Positions 63,353-64,000 of a stretch of 64,000 nt of DNA are shown here, one piece after another; position 1 is the stretch's first letter; every line of letters starts with the position of its first letter. Under the pieces are notes generated by a model. That model saw only the letters and a program-made list of their open reading frames with translations. It had not been told where the DNA came from and did not search any database. The DNA comes from an uncultured delta proteobacterium (GTDB lineage: Bacteria; Desulfobacterota; Desulfobacteria; Desulfobacterales; UBA2156): positions 224,001 through 288,000 of the forward strand of contig CAVTQK010000015.1 in NCBI GenBank assembly GCA_963736855.1, written 5' to 3'. A program made the position numbers and the translations under genes.

Positions 63353-63519
63353 ATCTGCTATCATAATTGATGAAAGGATTTTTTCAAGGAGGAAATGGAA
63401 AAAGGATAGAAAGGCTTGGATCTTGACTTGAACATGGGGCTGGCCTACCATCAATTCAAGGCCGTGAATGGTTAAAATGAAGCGTGAAAGAACGAAACCC
63501 GAAATTTATAACATAAAAC

Positions 63520-63676
63520 TTGATGGCTTCGTAAAAAGTCCATCTGCTGCGTTGCACTGCATCCTTCGTCATTGCGGCGTACCCATATGTACGCCTCATT
63601 CCTCAGGATTTGCGCGCCTTGCATCTGAAGCTTTTTACTTTGCCATCCTAATTTTGAGTTTTTACGATTTCATCAA
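63520..63676 (+). repeat. MITE-like palindromic repeat, copy 3
   Basis: Terminal IR TTGATG..TCGTAAAAA / TTTTTACGA..CATCAA. Confidence 0.8.
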
Positions 63677-63707
63677 AACTTAAGGTTAGGACCAAAAAGC
63701 GATTCGA

Positions 63708-64000
63708 ATGGATCGAAGGGATCAAAAGAGATTTTTAGAAAAAGTCCTCCACGCCCTGACCGATTATCGGATGATTGCACCGGGGGAAAGGGTCCTGGTC
63801 GGTGTCTCCGGAGGACCCGACTCGGTTTGCCTTTTGCATCTGCTCCACCACTTTTCCGACACCTTTTCCATCCGGTTGGGTGTCGCACACCTCAACCATG
63901 CCCTCAGATCCGAAGAGTCCGACCGGGATGCAGACTTTGTGTCAAAGCTGGCCGAATCCCTGGGGTGGCCCCTTTACCTGGAAAAGGTTCCACCCGGAAC
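63708..64000 (+). CDS. tilS: tRNA(Ile)-lysidine synthetase, 3'-truncated
   Basis: VGVSGGPDS, AHLNHALR..ESDRD..FV. Confidence 0.9.
   Translation, partial: MDRRDQKRFLEKVLHALTDYRMIAPGERVLVGVSGGPDSVCLLHLLHHFSDTFSIRLGVAHLNHALRSEESDRDADFVSKLAESLGWPLYLEKVPPG

Noticed and set aside
63048..63454. ORFs over the ffs region
   Set aside because: Overlap the SRP RNA
63468..63683. 71 aa ORF
   Set aside because: Translation of the MITE-like repeat
1..64000. CRISPR array, prophage, tRNA 3'-end att duplication
   Set aside because: No regular repeat-spacer pattern, phage genes or tRNA-end repeat noticed by eye

Overview
Chromosomal window from a probable Desulfobacterota (deltaproteobacterial) genome, inferred from gene content, several sigma-54 systems and the dispersed repeat family. 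Housekeeping blocks (pgsA-like/ispB/rimO/apbE/hypE; mltB/radA/rlmE/yebC/nadA/lolA; grpE-dnaK, large SRP RNA, tilS) alternate with accessory DNA. Three tRNAs are present: Arg-TCG, His-GTG and Glu-CTC. Highlights: (1) an M6-like metalloprotease lipoprotein gene (14553-15819, minus) with an in-frame TGA inside the post-zinc-site motif (HDFFH...VP-TGA-LYD) followed by a SECIS-like hairpin, a candidate new selenoprotein family; (2) an integrase-less integron cassette array (~22145-28311, minus) of seven cassettes with mostly matching core-site pairs, starting at an attI-like site, with a frameshifted nuclease+ATPase (defence-like) first cassette and a TA last cassette; (3) a divergent RelA/SpoT-like protein; (4) a sigma-54 ABC-gabT-tungsten AOR operon; (5) a decayed tandem duplication after degP/adenylate cyclase; (6) a dispersed ~160 bp MITE-like palindromic repeat; (7) a ZraSR/ZraP/CopA metal-stress cluster split by an inserted block. 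Several isolated single-base frameshifts could be sequencing errors. All calls were made by eye from motifs; no searches were run.
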